64,000 bases of DNA from Octopus sinensis (GCF_006345805.1 NC_043013.1:48918001-48982000), one strand, 5' to 3'; counted from the first letter of the stretch, positions 26,886-40,679 are shown. Notes: a model not told the origin generated them from the letters alone. Numbers and translations are program-made.

Positions 26886-27200
26886 GGTCATGTTGCTCCA
26901 CATCTAACAGAGATTTAGACTTAATTCAGAAGGTTATGGGAAACTGCTGGAGACTGTGGTCCACCCCTGGCTTGATGGGATCGCTGCTAGAGAGATCCGC
27001 AAGACCGAAATGGATGGAGGAAAAGAGTGCACAGCGGTTGTTCGAAGTTTGAAAGAGCAAGAATGAAGCAAGAGAAGATCAAGAGAAAGCATAGAAAGAA
27101 TGAACCTGTGAAAAATGAGGGAGTGCTGCTTTCTATATGTGTGCTTTGTGGGAGGAAATACTTGAGTCATGCAAGCCTGATCAGCTGTCGAACTCACATG
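26886..27200 (+). mobile_element. maT-like transposase fragment fused to an RTE 3' fragment
   Basis: RLNSEGYGKLLETVVHPWLDGIAA, then WRKRVHSGCSKFERAR...CALCGR. Confidence 0.55.
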
Positions 27201-27949
27201 AATTAACCCCTTGCATATTGTGATACGGCTATTGTTCACAACAGAACATGTGCAACCTGTGGTAAGGTGTGCCTTTCAGTTGGAGGTTTGGAAAGTTATG
27301 TCACAGGACTTCATACTGTGGCACTTGTTCCATCTGCCAGCTAGCTCAGCTGTGCATTATGCAAAAGAATGTGCAAATTTTTGGCCGGGCTCAAGAGTCA
27401 TACAAGGGCCTTATTTCAATGATCCCTTCTAGCAATGGCTTTGCTCGTATACGAAAAAGCAGCTATTATGTATGTGTGAATGCATGTATGTATGTGTGAA
27501 TACATGTATGTACGTAATGTATGTAATGTATGTAATGTATGTAATGTATGTAATGTATGTATGTATGCATGCCTGTAAGTAGGTATGTACGTACGTATGT
27601 TTATACATGCACGGATGCATGTGTGTATATGCTTTTATAAGCTCAGATTCAAAACAGATTGTGTCTACCAAATTCCACTTACAAGTCATTCGTCAAATAG
27701 AGAGGTTTATGATAGAGGATATTTTCCGAAAGTACAACACATTGGGATTGAAACCGAAACTACATGGTTGCAAAGGATACTTCTGAACTACTTGATCATG
27801 CACTGACATTATTCTCGAGAGATTCCAGTCTGAATGGATGTAATTAAAAATTTCTAGGGTTTGAAAAAAAAAATTATATGACGTACCACTCATTCTCCTA
27901 TGCGGGTTTCATCCTAATATTATACATAGGGCAAATTCCAGAATCTCTC

Positions 27950-28308
27950 TCTATATATATGGCAAAATGTCTGCGTGTGTGTCCTTTATACAAATCCACA
28001 CTTTATCAGTTAGAGAGCTCGCACTTTCTATGGTCATTCAAAACCGTCCAAGGGTGGTCGTGCACATCTTTACATTTCCCCGGTCACCCCGCAAAGCCAT
28101 TAAAAAATCAATAGAAGTGAATATTTTGTGAATTTTCTATTCAAAACCCAATCAAAATGCACGAAACTTGATACGCCAATTGAATGCCAGCTAGCTGTAT
28201 GTGATTGGTCGGAGATTTGGACAGTACTCGCGTGTATGTGCGCAGGCACGCAGCTGTATATGCGTGCACTAGCACTATGACCCAGCAACGCCGGGTCATA
28301 GTGCTAGT
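27950..28308 (+). mobile_element. Helitron-like element H1
   Basis: TCTATATAT start; hairpin CTAGCACTATGACCC..GGGTCATAGTGCTAG-T end. Confidence 0.8.
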
Positions 28309-29587
28309 ATAGTACAAATGGTTACAATAAGCACACGTAACAATGTTAATTAGGTGGTTCGACATAGCTGCTGGTTTACATCTAGTCATAATCGACAATA
28401 ACTGAATGTCAATACCACTATAAACGGCAGGCATGCGTTGATTAGTTTATAGTTTGATATAATGCCCAACGTCGAGAATATACCAAGCATTTTAGACAAC
28501 TGTTGACAGTTCTGTCTATATCATAGTCCTTCAGATAACAGTGTTCTATAGACGTTCTATTAAGTTTTGTAGAAGCTGTGGCGAAAACACCACGGAAATA
28601 TTATGAAAGCAAAGAGTTTGAATTAAATTATTTGTCCGATATTAGTAGACGAATTGCTTAATCTCGACGGATTAATCGATAGAAAAGCAGACACGATCTG
28701 ATGCTGTTGATGTATAATAAATCCAGCATATTTTGTGGCAATCGTATTCTGATAATCGAGCAAAATCTCTTTATGCTCCCGAGTATCATTTCACCGGCCT
28801 TTCAGACGTGACCATCCCATTTTTTTTCAAGTATGCTGTATGAAGGACTGCTTGTTCTATTTTATGGTGCTAGGATGTACTTTGATGAAAATTTGATGGC
28901 AAACTAAACGTTTAGAGTTCCATCGCTGGTTGATACCTTCCGTACATTACAGGTGATAGAAGTTTTCAATTTGTGCCGTATCCCATAATATACACAGTAA
29001 AACTCTTCCATTTATATTCAGTTAATAAGTTATTACATAAAATACATTCATTTTGTAGGTTTGTTTTCTTGATGAGTGTCTATAATTCGATTGGGTTTGA
29101 GGAGTTTCGTTTCGGTTTACTTCGATCTGTACAATTCATTGTGAATATCCAACTTATCAGAAGCCTTGCGACCTCTATCCTATCCATTATGCCTAGTATG
29201 CACATTCATGCATTGCTCGCGTTTGTTGCTGCATTTCAAAGTAAATATATAAATCTGAGATCTGTCAGTAAAATATGTAAAATATGATTTTAGCTATTTT
29301 AAGTGAGTAAATGAAAAACAAAATAATAAAAAAATAAAGTTTGTAGATTGTGTTCACATTTTACATTCTTTCGAAAATATGTTTGTTGAATCTATTTTAA
29401 TAAATAGAACACAGCAGATACATTAACGTCTTACTTCCATTTTCCAGATATAAAGTCCAAATTTAATCAAAGTAAACAACATTTTTTTAGAACATTTGTG
29501 CGCTATATATATATATATATAATATATATATATATATATACATACATATGTACACACATACATACATAATATATATATATATATTAT

Positions 29588-29614
<27 letters not shown>

Positions 29615-29631
<17 letters not shown>

Positions 29632-30445
29632 TAAAACTCAACTTGTGTGTCTGTGTGTGTGTCTGTGTGTTTAACCTCCCGGCACATCTCCTCCTAGCCA
29701 ACAAATCGTAGAATCACCAAAAATGGGTCACTTAAAGTTTAGGCGAATGAAAATTGAACTGCGCTATTTCTGTTCCATAATTCATCTCGCAAGTGCAAAA
29801 ATCGATAATGTGTTTGTTTAGGCCTTATCCCATGCATTGAATAGTGAACTTGACTCAGTTAGCTGTTTGACGTGAACTGTGTTCACCACGCGTGCAAGCA
29901 TGCGTAAATTGCATAAAAAATAAAAAATCAAGATATAAAAACGAATCGCCGTAAACACTGTAGAAATTCGGCAAAGAAATGAATTTTCGGGATGTAGCCT
30001 GGAGGGTTTTTCGTATTAATCGTTTGGATTTTGTGAACACATGCCAATTGTTTTCATAACATTTTTAACGATTTGAATTAAATGCGACCATTTTGCGTTG
30101 AGTCTGCAGTTTGAATCACTTTAACCAAATTTTAGCAGGCCGGATTTTTGATCATCACGATACATCGCCAGCGACTCTATGAAACTCTCCCCTGAAATCC
30201 CCGTTGAGAAATACTGATCTAAAAGAATAATCCAACAATGCAATTATTTGATCAACAAAAATTTATGAAACGCTTCTACGTACTTCCTATTGAGGAAATG
30301 GAACACATAAGCGCAAAAATAGAGGGCATTAAATGCTTGATTTTAAAACCAAAATAATTGAATTTTGATTGAACTTCATCCAAGTTTAGCTTAATTTGCG
30401 CGTGCATAGAACGCACGTGCGCACGGGACGGGCAATAGTGCTAGT
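29615..30445 (+). mobile_element. Helitron-like element in a (TA)n tract
   Basis: Ends GCACGGGACGGGCAATAGTGCTAGT. Confidence 0.6.
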
Positions 30446-30452
30446 ATATATA

Positions 30453-30764
30453 CATCACTGTGATCACTGTGACCGACCAGGCTATCAGATGTTGCTACAC
30501 TTCGCTGGGCACAATGCGCTCCGCATTGTTTTAGCCTTCAAATGACGCCACCCCGCTGGCTAAGCGAGCAGGCCAACAGAAGAAAGAGTGAGAGAAAGTT
30601 GTGGCCAAAGAGTACAGCAGGGATCGTCACCATCCACTGCCGGAGCCTCGTGGAGCTTTAGGTGTTTTCGCTCAATAAACACTCACAACGCCCGGTCTGG
30701 GAATCGAAACCGCGATCCTACGACCGTGAGTCCGCTGCCCAAACCACTGGGCTATTGCACCTCC
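30453..30764 (-). mobile_element. tRNA-derived SINE family C
   Basis: Box A TAGCCCAGTGG and box B GTTTCGATTCC in the head; TGATG-type tail. Confidence 0.8.
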
Positions 30765-30779
30765 ACACACACACGCACG

Positions 30780-30828
<49 letters not shown>

Positions 30829-30839
30829 TGTCTTCAATT

Positions 30840-31740
30840 CTTAAAAACTTTTCAGCCACAAAGCTGTGGTCATGCTGGGGCACCACCGTTGACTGTGCTA
30901 CACCGTTATTTGAAACCTCCTCTGTTATATGGCATTTGGTCAATGAGGGCGTTTAATGCCGCTGCCCTCATCAGTGTTTCCTGCCGAGAAGTAGGCTCGT
31001 CTGGAACCCGCAACAGGAAGAGATCCAGTTTTGTTTTAAGGACATTTACATCCACATCATGCAGGTCTCTCAGGCATTTTGGAAGGATATTGAAGGGCTG
31101 TGAGCCCTTGAAGGCCAACCTGTTGCAATATTTGGTCCTGTATTTTGATGGCGATGCTGGGATTTTTGGCACTATGCAGTGGCACCCCGTTCTACAGTTT
31201 GAATAACTTTCAATGCCAAAGTTTGGTACAAGGCCTTCTAGAATTTTCCATATGTATATCACTGCACATCTTTCCTGCCTTCGTTCCAGGGAGAAGAGTG
31301 TTAATTATTTCAGTCTTTCCCTGTAGCTGATACGCTGCATCGAGAGATTTCCTTAGTGTAGCTTCGAGTTCCACCGTGAACTATTCCGTGGTGACCATAG
31401 TTGGGTGCAGTAGTCCAAGCGGCTGATGTCCTCCAAAGGATCATCAATGTCTCCTTTTCTCTTATTTTGAAAGTTCAGAGGATCCAGCCAGCCAGCCGTC
31501 TACATTTTACTACCAAATTGGTAATATGCACGTGAAAAGATGCATCATTGCTCATGTCAATGCCCAGGTCACACACTGATTTTGATTCAGGGACTTCAAT
31601 TCCTCCCGGGCCAGTGTATCCTCTCTGTACGTTGTTTAGCTTTGTGAGCTGGTAGTGAAGGGCCCGGAATTTTCCTGCATTAAACTGCATGTTGTTATCA
31701 TCAGCCCACCTATATACTGCGTCCAACTCGCGTATATGTA
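30840..31740 (-). mobile_element. CR1-type LINE, 3' part
   Basis: ELDAVYRWADDNNMQFNAGKF, DLGIDMS, RLDYCTQLWSP, IWKILEGLVPN and LKTKLDLFL. Confidence 0.85.
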
Positions 31741-32534
31741 CACACACACACACACACATACACACACACATACACACACACACATACACACACACATGTA
31801 GATGCACTCTTTTCTGTCACTAACGCTTAATTTTATAGGAAGAGCTTCAACAAACTGACACAAGTAGAAACCATTTTTAGCGTGTTTGACTCTCACTTTT
31901 GTAATATATCAGATATTAAACGCAACAATTAATCAAAGTAATATTCATGTTTATTAGTGAATCTGTTATGCTATTTTTGTTTACATTAGAAATGATCTGA
32001 ATTTATCTCCCCCTTTATTTTGTCAGTTTATGTGAGACGGATATGCTTTTAGGCATTCAGCCCATACACGATATTTCCTTTCTGTCTTGGTGATAGCCTC
32101 TATTCATTTCGTTCAAAAACGGTTTCAAATAGAAACACATATAAAGACCAGAAAATAATTCTTAAATTATTTGAAGAAAATTAACGATTGAGTATATAAT
32201 TCAAATATTTTAAATTGCTAAAAACATGTTCAAGCACATTGTAACAATAAATAAATAAATAAATTTATAAATAAATAAATGAATAAATAAAATAAGAAAA
32301 ATGTTCAAAGCTGAGATTCATACAAGGAAGCCGCCCTTTCATTATGAAGTGTTTACTCTGCTCTTCCGAATCGAATTTGTGAATATTATTTCTGATAATC
32401 AATATTTATTGGTTTGAAAAAACATGAAAATATTGCCTCAACATATCGATATATCGATATATTGATTTCATTCGTAGGCACAAGTCCAGGTATAAATATT
32501 TAGGTCACTTGAATTCATATTACTGGTTACAAAG

Positions 32535-33095
32535 TGGTGGACAAAATGCTTAGCGGCATGTTGTCCGTCTTTTCATTGGGAGTTCAAATTCCGCCGAGGT
32601 AGACTTTACCTTCATCCTTTCGGTGTCGTTAAAATAAGTATCAGCTGAATACCGGGGTCGAAGTCATTGACATACCTATTTCTTTATTACCCACAAGGGA
32701 CTAAACACAGAGGGGACAAACAAGGACAGACATAGGTATTAAGTCGATTACATCGACCCCAGTGCGTAACTGGTACTTAATTTATCGACCCCGAAAGGAT
32801 GAAAGGCAAAGTCGACCTCGGCGGAATTTGAACTCACAACGTAACGCAGACGAAATACCGCTAAGCATTTCGCCCGGCGTGCTAACGTTTCTGCCAGCTC
32901 GCCGCTGACATACCATTACCCCAAGTTTTCTGGCTTTGTACCAAAATTTGAAACAATGTTTTACTGGTTATGAAGGCGGTGAACTGGCAGAGTCATTAGC
33001 ATGCTGGACAACATGCTTAGCAGCATTCTATCTGTCTTTGTGTTCTGAGTTCAAATTCGACAGACTGATTATATTTTCATCGACACTGGAGTGAT
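32535..33095. mobile_element. SINE A cluster: a young minus copy (32677-32905) nested in an old plus copy, and another old head
   Basis: TSD TGACATACC at 32668-76 and 32906-14. Confidence 0.85.
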
Positions 33096-33551
33096 GAAAG
33101 ACATGCAGTAAAAGTATGAAGTTAAAACATTCAAATACTAGTTTCGCTAACTTACTTCTCTAACAACAATCGTCATTTTATAATCACAGTATCAATGTTG
33201 TGGGGTGATGGGAACAGCATAGTGCTGTCTGCTAAATCCATCTGGAGTTAGCTGTCAGGATTAACATACTGAGATCATCGGGGAGTCGGTTCAATCGATT
33301 ATCCTCTCCCTCTTCGATTCTGTGGCTTTCTATCAATGGAAGAATATCAATATAATATAATAATAAGTAATAATATGTAATTGTATATATGCTCTTTTCC
33401 CTCTTCACTCTTTGAGAAAAAAAATCTCCACAGAAGACGGAAGAAAAATATACTTAGAAGCGATTCCCTCCCTTTGAGCAACAACTCTCTTTCGTTCTCT
33501 GTCTCTTCCACACAATAAGCAGCTTCCAGTAAGACCACCATGTGCAATATC

Positions 33552-33960
33552 ATTCATCATCATTGTTCGACCGTGGTCGAGACAATGGAATTTACCATGC
33601 TACGCCAGACTTCACGGTCCATCATGGCATTACGGAGGTCCTGTTGCTGGATGCTTGTATCCATGGAGATTACATCAGGGTAGGAGAGTGTGCGCCCTCT
33701 GGTATTGCGAGTAGATGGCTTCCAGTGGAGAAGAGTAGAAATTACCTCGTTTTCAGCTCTACAACAATGTCCAGCAAACTGGACTCTCCTACCTTTCACA
33801 AGAGATGACACAGGTGGTAGTTTCCCATATATTTGCATTTTGGTTGGATGACGCTTCCACGAGAGATTTTGATTCTCATAAGGAGGCGAGTGTAGGTTCC
33901 ATCCAACCACCTCTCAAGCTTGTTTGTTAATGTCCAGGTTTCTGAGCCATTATATGTGCA
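33552..33960 (-). mobile_element. RTE LINE 3' end with (TGA)n tail
   Basis: GSETWTL..LDGTYTRLL..RRVQFAGHC..DLRNAMMDREVWR. Confidence 0.85.
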
Positions 33961-34315
33961 ATATAATATACATTTCCAGATATAATAATACACTGTCAAC
34001 TACTTCTGCGCCTGCACAACTTCCTTTTTAAATAGATCTTCTTAGTCATGATAACGCCAATTTCTACAGAACTTTGAGCCCATTGCTCTCTCAGTTAATC
34101 TTTCGGAAATTCTACCTGTGGCCAAACACAAATACCACGCGTATGCCTTTTCAGGGGGATATTGCATTCTTACATCACACAACAATGGTCCCTTGTGCTT
34201 CAAAAATGTTAAGGCTCTACTTTGACACGTGGAAAACATTCCATCACACATAGACAAGAAAGTATATCGACAAGACTTTCACCGACTCCAATTTCAAATC
34301 TGTTGCAGCTTAAGA

Positions 34316-34374
<59 letters not shown>

Positions 34375-34569
34375 ACACTCACATACACACACACACACAT
34401 TCCTCTCCCTCTTCTTTTCTCTCTCTAAACGTACATGCACACATACTTATATGTTTGTGTATATGTATGTATGCATACACCCATATGTGTTTGTGTTCGT
34501 CTGTGTGTGTATGTGTGTGTGTGTATTTGTGTTCGTGTGTGTGCCTGTGTGTGAGTGTGTTCGCGCGTA

Positions 34570-34802
34570 TGTGCGCTTCTCAGCCGCATATCTACGCTTT
34601 CAGTTACGCTGCGTTGCATCTTGGGTAAGTGTTTGTTTGTCTGTTTTCCTGTACTTTCGAGGTTTGGCAAAAGAACCCGACAGAATAAGTACCGGGCTGA
34701 AAAAGGTACTGAAGTAGATTCGTTCGACTAAAACCCTTCAAAGCGGTGCCCAGCATGGTCGTAGTCCAATGATTGAAGAAAGCAAAAGATAAAAGCTAAA
34801 AG
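34570..34802 (+). mobile_element. Old SINE family B copy
   Basis: GGCAAAAGAACCCGACAGAATAAGTAC..CAGCATGG tail. Confidence 0.65.
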
Positions 34803-34816
34803 ACACACACACACAC

Positions 34817-34982
<166 letters not shown>

Positions 34983-35564
34983 AACATACATGTACACTGG
35001 CTCGCTAGATTTGGCTTGGAATGACTTCGTTTTGGTGCCGTTGTGACATGCTGTACACCAGGTTTCTCCATCTCTCACACTGCGTGCTAGAGTTCGGGTC
35101 TCCACAATGATATTCTTCTCCATCACTTGACGGTGTCCGATCATGTCTTATTACTTTATCCGTCTCTCTTTACATTTCCTTGAATATTCGTTGCAATGTG
35201 ACTGGGTCTTGCTACACAGCCGTAGCATTTCAGCTTTCTTTCAGTCCACATGAGGGCTAATGTCATACTCTAATGTCATACTCAACTGTGATGTTGTCCA
35301 ATTACGTGAAGCTTCAGATGTTACGATAGCATCTCATTTCCAGTCCCTGCACGTTCCTCTGTATCGTTGCATCTGACGAAATTGGTGAACTTACAAGAAG
35401 TAACAATGAATTGGGTGAATTAGTTAACAAATTTCCTAGTGCATCCAGAAAGTTTCAGAAAAAAATCAGTGATGAAAAAATCTGGAATCATAACAAATGT
35501 CAACGATACGATCTCAAAGGACAGAATCAAGACAATTCAACATTGCAATTAAGTTTGGTAATTA

Positions 35565-36005
35565 TTGGGTTTCAAATTTTGGTTCAAGGCCAACAGTTTT
35601 GTGGGAGAGGTTAATTCGATTATAATGACCCATGTTTTCAACTGGTACTTATTTTATAAACCCCGAAAGGATGAAAGGCAAAGTCAACCTCGGCGGAATT
35701 TGAACTCAGTACGTAAAGATAGACGAAATGTCGCTAAACACTTTGCTCAGACTGCTAACGATTCTGCCAGCTCGCCACCTTAATTTGAGTAATTATTAAT
35801 GATAAATAATCTAATTTTTGAGGGAAGGGGCAAATCAATGAAAATGACAAATACTTGACTGCTATTTTATTTTAACGACCCCGGAGGAATGAATAACAAA
35901 ATTAGCCTCAACGGAAGTAAGGACACAGTAAGGACACTGTAAAGAGCCGAAAGAAATACTAAAATACACTTTCTCCTCACTGTTAATGAGTTTTCCAGAT
36001 CACTG
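35565..36005 (-). mobile_element. Two tandem SINE A copies, the second highly decayed
   Basis: CCCCGAAAGGATGAAAGGCAAAGTC..CTGCCAGCTCGCC. Confidence 0.75.
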
Positions 36006-36589
36006 TCATACAAATGCAAAGTAATAATAAGAGGTTATCTAAATTTATGGTTATTATTAGACTGCAGTAAACTTGGCTGCGGTATTTATATTAACATGAT
36101 TTAAAATGAAATTTGAATTATCAATAAATAGAATTATTATCAAATATATTTACAAAATTCCACAAGGCTACCTAAACAGAAGGATTACCAAAATTATGGC
36201 TTACATTATGCATTTAAATGAAAAAGATATGGGCAATCAGTTTAGGGCTGGATTTAAAATTTTCGGAACTCTGTGGGTTATCGATCTTGAGCAAACTTGA
36301 CATCTGAGTCGATAAAATTATCACTTATAATATATTGGAGTTAATTCATCGATTTTCTTCTAGCTAAAACATACTATTGATTAATGGCATCACTTTTTAT
36401 TAAAGTTTCCGATTGTTTTCCACATTATTTATCAGTTAATGATAATTTAATATAATGATGTTTTCATTTAATGAGTGGTTTCTAATTAATGCTAACAACT
36501 GTTTATGATACTGACTGAAAGTAATCTTGTTAGAATCTTTAAAAGAAACTTTTTTTATTATGTAATCTGCAATGTGTTATTATAACGCG

Positions 36590-36652
36590 TCTCTTTTTTA
36601 TTTTATTTTATCCAGGGCAATAAAGTTATAACGATATCATCCGAAACCAATC
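36590..36652 (+). promoter_or_regulatory. Splice acceptor and 37-nt 5' UTR part of the first coding exon; implies an upstream non-coding exon
   Basis: T-rich tract ending in tccag, with an in-frame stop before the ATG. Confidence 0.7.
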
Positions 36653-37483
36653 ATGAACCGGCTACATCCTACATTGAATGCGAGCAAAATAGAAAGCTGG
36701 TTGGATGCCAATCCTGAGTGTGCCTGTGATTATTTTCTTCGGAAAGCTGACATAACTCTAATAAACAAATGGTTGGTTCTCCATGGCTTCCAATCGCTTC
36801 AAGAATTTATAATCAAAAGAAAGGGATCCTCTGGTCAAGAAAGTCTGACACCCACATCTCCTAATGACTTAAAGTGTAACAATGAACAAGCTTTCTTCTC
36901 AGAATCCAAGCACCATAGATCTAATTCTAAGAAACATTTACGTCAAGATTTTGCAAAGTCAAAATTACGCAATATATTCCGTACATATTGCCCATCGACA
37001 TATACTTTTGATTCAAATACTGAGGCCAGGCGGAGCAGTTTAAAGGAGATGCGCCAGTTTCGTTCTTTACCGCCGACCTCCTTAAATATGCTTAGCATGC
37101 TCATTGAGTCAAAGATCCGGATTCCACGCTACCCCAGCAAGGACATTGACATGAAACGGGAAATGTTCCATTTGGATGAAAAAGATTTCTTTTTAGAAAT
37201 AGTAAAAGATATCTCGAATGATTTGAACCTTGCCAGTTTGAGTGCGAAAATTGTGGCCAACATTAGCATCCTTGTAGATGGTGATAAAGGATCACTCTTT
37301 TTGGTTGATAAATCAATAAAAGAGAAACCTGTTTTGGTGTCCAAAATCTTCGATGTCCATTCTGGTACTACCCTGATGCCATCAGTTACAACCGATGCTA
37401 GTATTACAGTTCAGTGGGGAAAAGGGATAATCGGTCACGTGGCTGAAGTGGGAGAAACTGTAAATATCGGGAACGCCAGTGAG
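36653..37483 (+). CDS. PDE11A: PDE11A-like phosphodiesterase, first coding exon (N-terminus and start of GAF-A)
   Basis: Acceptor tttta-tccAG at 36614-15, so the exon starts at 36616. In-frame TAA at 36629-31 precedes the ATG at 36653 (A at -3). 277 codons run to the donor GAG|GTAAGT at 37484. Protein SLPP..LSMLIESKIRIPRYP..FFLEIVKDISNDL..LVSKIFDVHSGT..WGKGIIGHVAEVGETVNI matches vertebrate PDE11A as I recall it. Confidence 0.92.
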
Positions 37484-37721
37484 GTAAGTGGAAAGAAACG
37501 ATTTCACGTAATATTATTTTTACAAAGGGCTTTTGCCTTTCATGCAATTAGTCTTATGTTTATATTCTACTCCACGCTTTGAAGTTAGCTTAGTGTATGC
37601 CTTACTAATAAGTATTTGAAAATTAGGTCCTAATGAAAGTCAGCTGCAATAAACAACCGTCCGAAGAAGGTAACTTGCTTTCGTTTCAAATAACTGAAAG
37701 AAATGGACCACTGTCTTTTAT

Positions 37722-38123
37722 CTCTATTTATAAACGGCAAAATGTCTGTCTGTGTGTCCTTTATACAAATCCACAATTTTTCAGTTAAAGGGCTCGCACT
37801 TTGTATGTCCTTTTCAAGTCCTTTTTTGTAAATAGTTTTAAGTTAAGTTAAACTAAATAATATTTATATACTACATATATACCAAAAAAAGAAATTAGTT
37901 TATTTACCCTGAGTTACATTCAAAACCGTCCAAGGGTAGTCGTGCATATCTTTACATTTCCTCAGTCACCCCTCAAAGCCATTAAAAAGTCAATAGAAGT
38001 TAATTTTTTGTGAATTTTCTATCCAAAACCCAATCAAAATGCCCGAAACTTGATACGCCAATTGAATGCCAGCTAGCTGTATGTGATTGGTTGGAGATTT
38101 GGACAGTACTCGTGTGTGCTAGT
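37722..38123 (+). mobile_element. Helitron-like H1 copy with a ~110-bp insertion and no terminal hairpin
   Basis: Collinear with 27950-28308. Confidence 0.75.
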
Positions 38124-38264
38124 ATATAATATTTGATTACTGTACTTCAGTTCCCAGTGTCTATATCTACCATATTTGTGTATGAGGTTTTAAATATATA
38201 TTCAGCAAAACATCCAACAAGATTTTGTCATTTCACGGAACCAACTTTGTGAGTAGTTAAATAT

Positions 38265-38555
38265 CGACTACATATGAACATTGTGCATAGATAAGAGTAG
38301 ATTATATAAAAACATTATGTGTAGGTAAATGTATACTACATATGAAAATTATGTGTATGTGTAATAAAAATTGCATAGGTAAGTGTAGACCACATTCATT
38401 GTGTGAAGTTACGTGCACACTACATACACAAGTTGTATGCAGGTGAATGTAGACCAAATACATTGTATTAGATTGGTTACAAACATTGGCTACAAGTAAG
38501 TCTACACTACGTACAAACATTGGGTGTAGGTAAGTAAGGACAATGTTGTGTGTGG
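38265..38555. repeat. Degenerate ~35-nt minisatellite
   Basis: Recurring ACATTGTGTGTAGGTAAGTGTAGACTACATA-like unit. Confidence 0.65.
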
Positions 38556-39959
38556 AAATAATCGATAATCCTGGCAATGCATCACCTTCCGGCTTACCAT
38601 GGATCGCTGCTGGAAATAATAACAATGATTCCTGCTGTTGGTGTAAGATCTTACGATTTAAGTAGGTGATGTAGTCGACCAATCTATACAAGTACTTAAG
38701 ACGTTGATATGATGCTTTTGACTATGCAGGAATGCAAAGCGGCAGGATTTGAACGCAGAGCAAGTGATTTAATCTATCGGCATATTCTTTCTGCCACTTT
38801 TGCTACATAGTAAGAAGGCAATAATTTCTAATGAAAACACAAAACTATGCAGTTTTTGCGGAGGAAACTGTTGATTATATTGTCTTCATTTGACCCCCAG
38901 AAGGATGAAAAAAAAGTTGAGAGAGTGAATTTAAAATGTAAAGTGATGTAACTAAATAGAGCAAGATATTTTGTTCATCGGTCGAGCGATTCTGCAAATT
39001 CATTATCCCTGTATATCTAGTAGTCTTAATAATTTATTTTCATAGTAAGTACTCATATGAACTCATTATAATGCAATCATCTGCTTGATCCATATGATTA
39101 GCCCCGTGTACACTATATGTATTACTGTAGTTCAGAGTTCATCCGAGGGACAACGGTTGCATCTTCTGTATGTGCTTCTTTGCTTGTAAACACGTCTTGA
39201 TTTTTTTTCGAAGTGTTCACCCTATTATAGTTAATGTTTATTTTCATGGGAAAATTAATAAGCCAAGGCTATAAACTAATGAAGATTGCGATTTGAGAAA
39301 TTAGATCATTTTTGAACTATAGCCATTGCGTGTCTTACAAACTGCCTTTATAAAATGTATTTTTTCTTTTAAAACTTTCACTTTTTTCAATATGTAGTTG
39401 GTAATCTAGTCAATTTCTGTTTCTGTCTTATCAGTTTGTTTGATTAAAATTTACCAGAAAATAGCGGATTTTTTATCATGATGTAAAAAGTGTATCAGTA
39501 AATGCTGCCGAAACAGCTGTTGTGAATTTGTGTTCTTCTTTTATACATACATACACGGTGGCTGCCCCCTCGTTATCGAGTATGGCCATTGCACGAAGCT
39601 TAATCAATGTTGTTATCGTGCAATGCCTGTGCAAGAAGATTTTTTTTTTAAGTGAGGAAAGGCTGTGCACAGAGTCAATCCCACTCACTAAGCAATAGCA
39701 GCCATAATCCTAAAAGACGAATAAGTCAACATCATCGGTAACCACTGAGCCGCAGGTTTTATGTCGGAGTTATCCCAAGTTTTATGTCGGAGTACACATA
39801 CATACATGCATACATACATACATACATACATTACGTGTGTGTGTATGTGTGTGTGTGTGTGTGTGTTTAAGGCATTGAACAGGGATACTTCGACTTTCTG
39901 AATAGTTATGTCTTCCGGGGCAAATGTGTGTGTGTATATATATTTATGCATGAATATAC

Positions 39960-40630
39960 ATACGATGATGGCCGTCTGATCGTGACCGAAGAAGAGTATT
40001 GCGGACCTTCCGGTAGATTGTGCGCTCTATGACTAACTTATATTTTGCATTTGAGGCTAATGGGTCTTGTTCTTGACAAGCATACACCACTGAAAACATT
40101 GCAAGCCAAGCTTTCCCCATTCACTACACTAGCAGTACGCTTTCCAGCAGCACGCTTAAAATCATCATGCAGAATATACACTCTCTCAAAGGTCTCGGCC
40201 CCCATCATTAACCTGCTTCCTCCATCTGTGGCGATGACAGGCATTGCTCTCCCAGTCAGTCTCCTGCATATCAGAGGCCTTTAATGAGGACTTGACACAT
40301 TCCTTAAATCGCAGCCTTGATTTCTGCTGGGATTTCTTTCCATTAACAAGTTCCCTATAAAGCATCTGTTTAGGGATCCTGCTATCCTTCATTCTAATAA
40401 GGTGTTTTGTCCAACATAACCGGTGCTTGTGCACCGCAATACTCAATATATCAGCTGTCCTCAGGACCTACGTGTCTGGGTTTTTGAAGGTCCAGCCAAC
40501 ATTCAGAATGTTTCTCAGACATCTCTGATGAAAGTGTTCATGGACCCTTACATGACGTTTGTAAAAGGTCCATTTCTCACATGAGTAAAGGAACGATGTC
40601 AGTACACATGCACGGCACACAGCAATTTTT

Positions 40631-40632
<2 letters not shown>
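39960..40632 (-). mobile_element. RTE (BovB-like) LINE 3' part
   Basis: TKIAVCRACVLTSFLYSCEKW..FHQRCLRNIL..RMKDSRIPKQMLY..RLRFKECVK. Confidence 0.88.

Positions 40633-40679
<47 letters not shown>

Noticed and set aside
30690-30764. tRNA gene
   Set aside because: A and B boxes are present, but the sequence continues into a SINE body; the same applies to the other SINE heads.
37484-37582. C-terminal 32 aa of the 309-aa ORF
   Set aside because: Intron read-through past a consensus GTAAGT donor; homology resumes at 59679.
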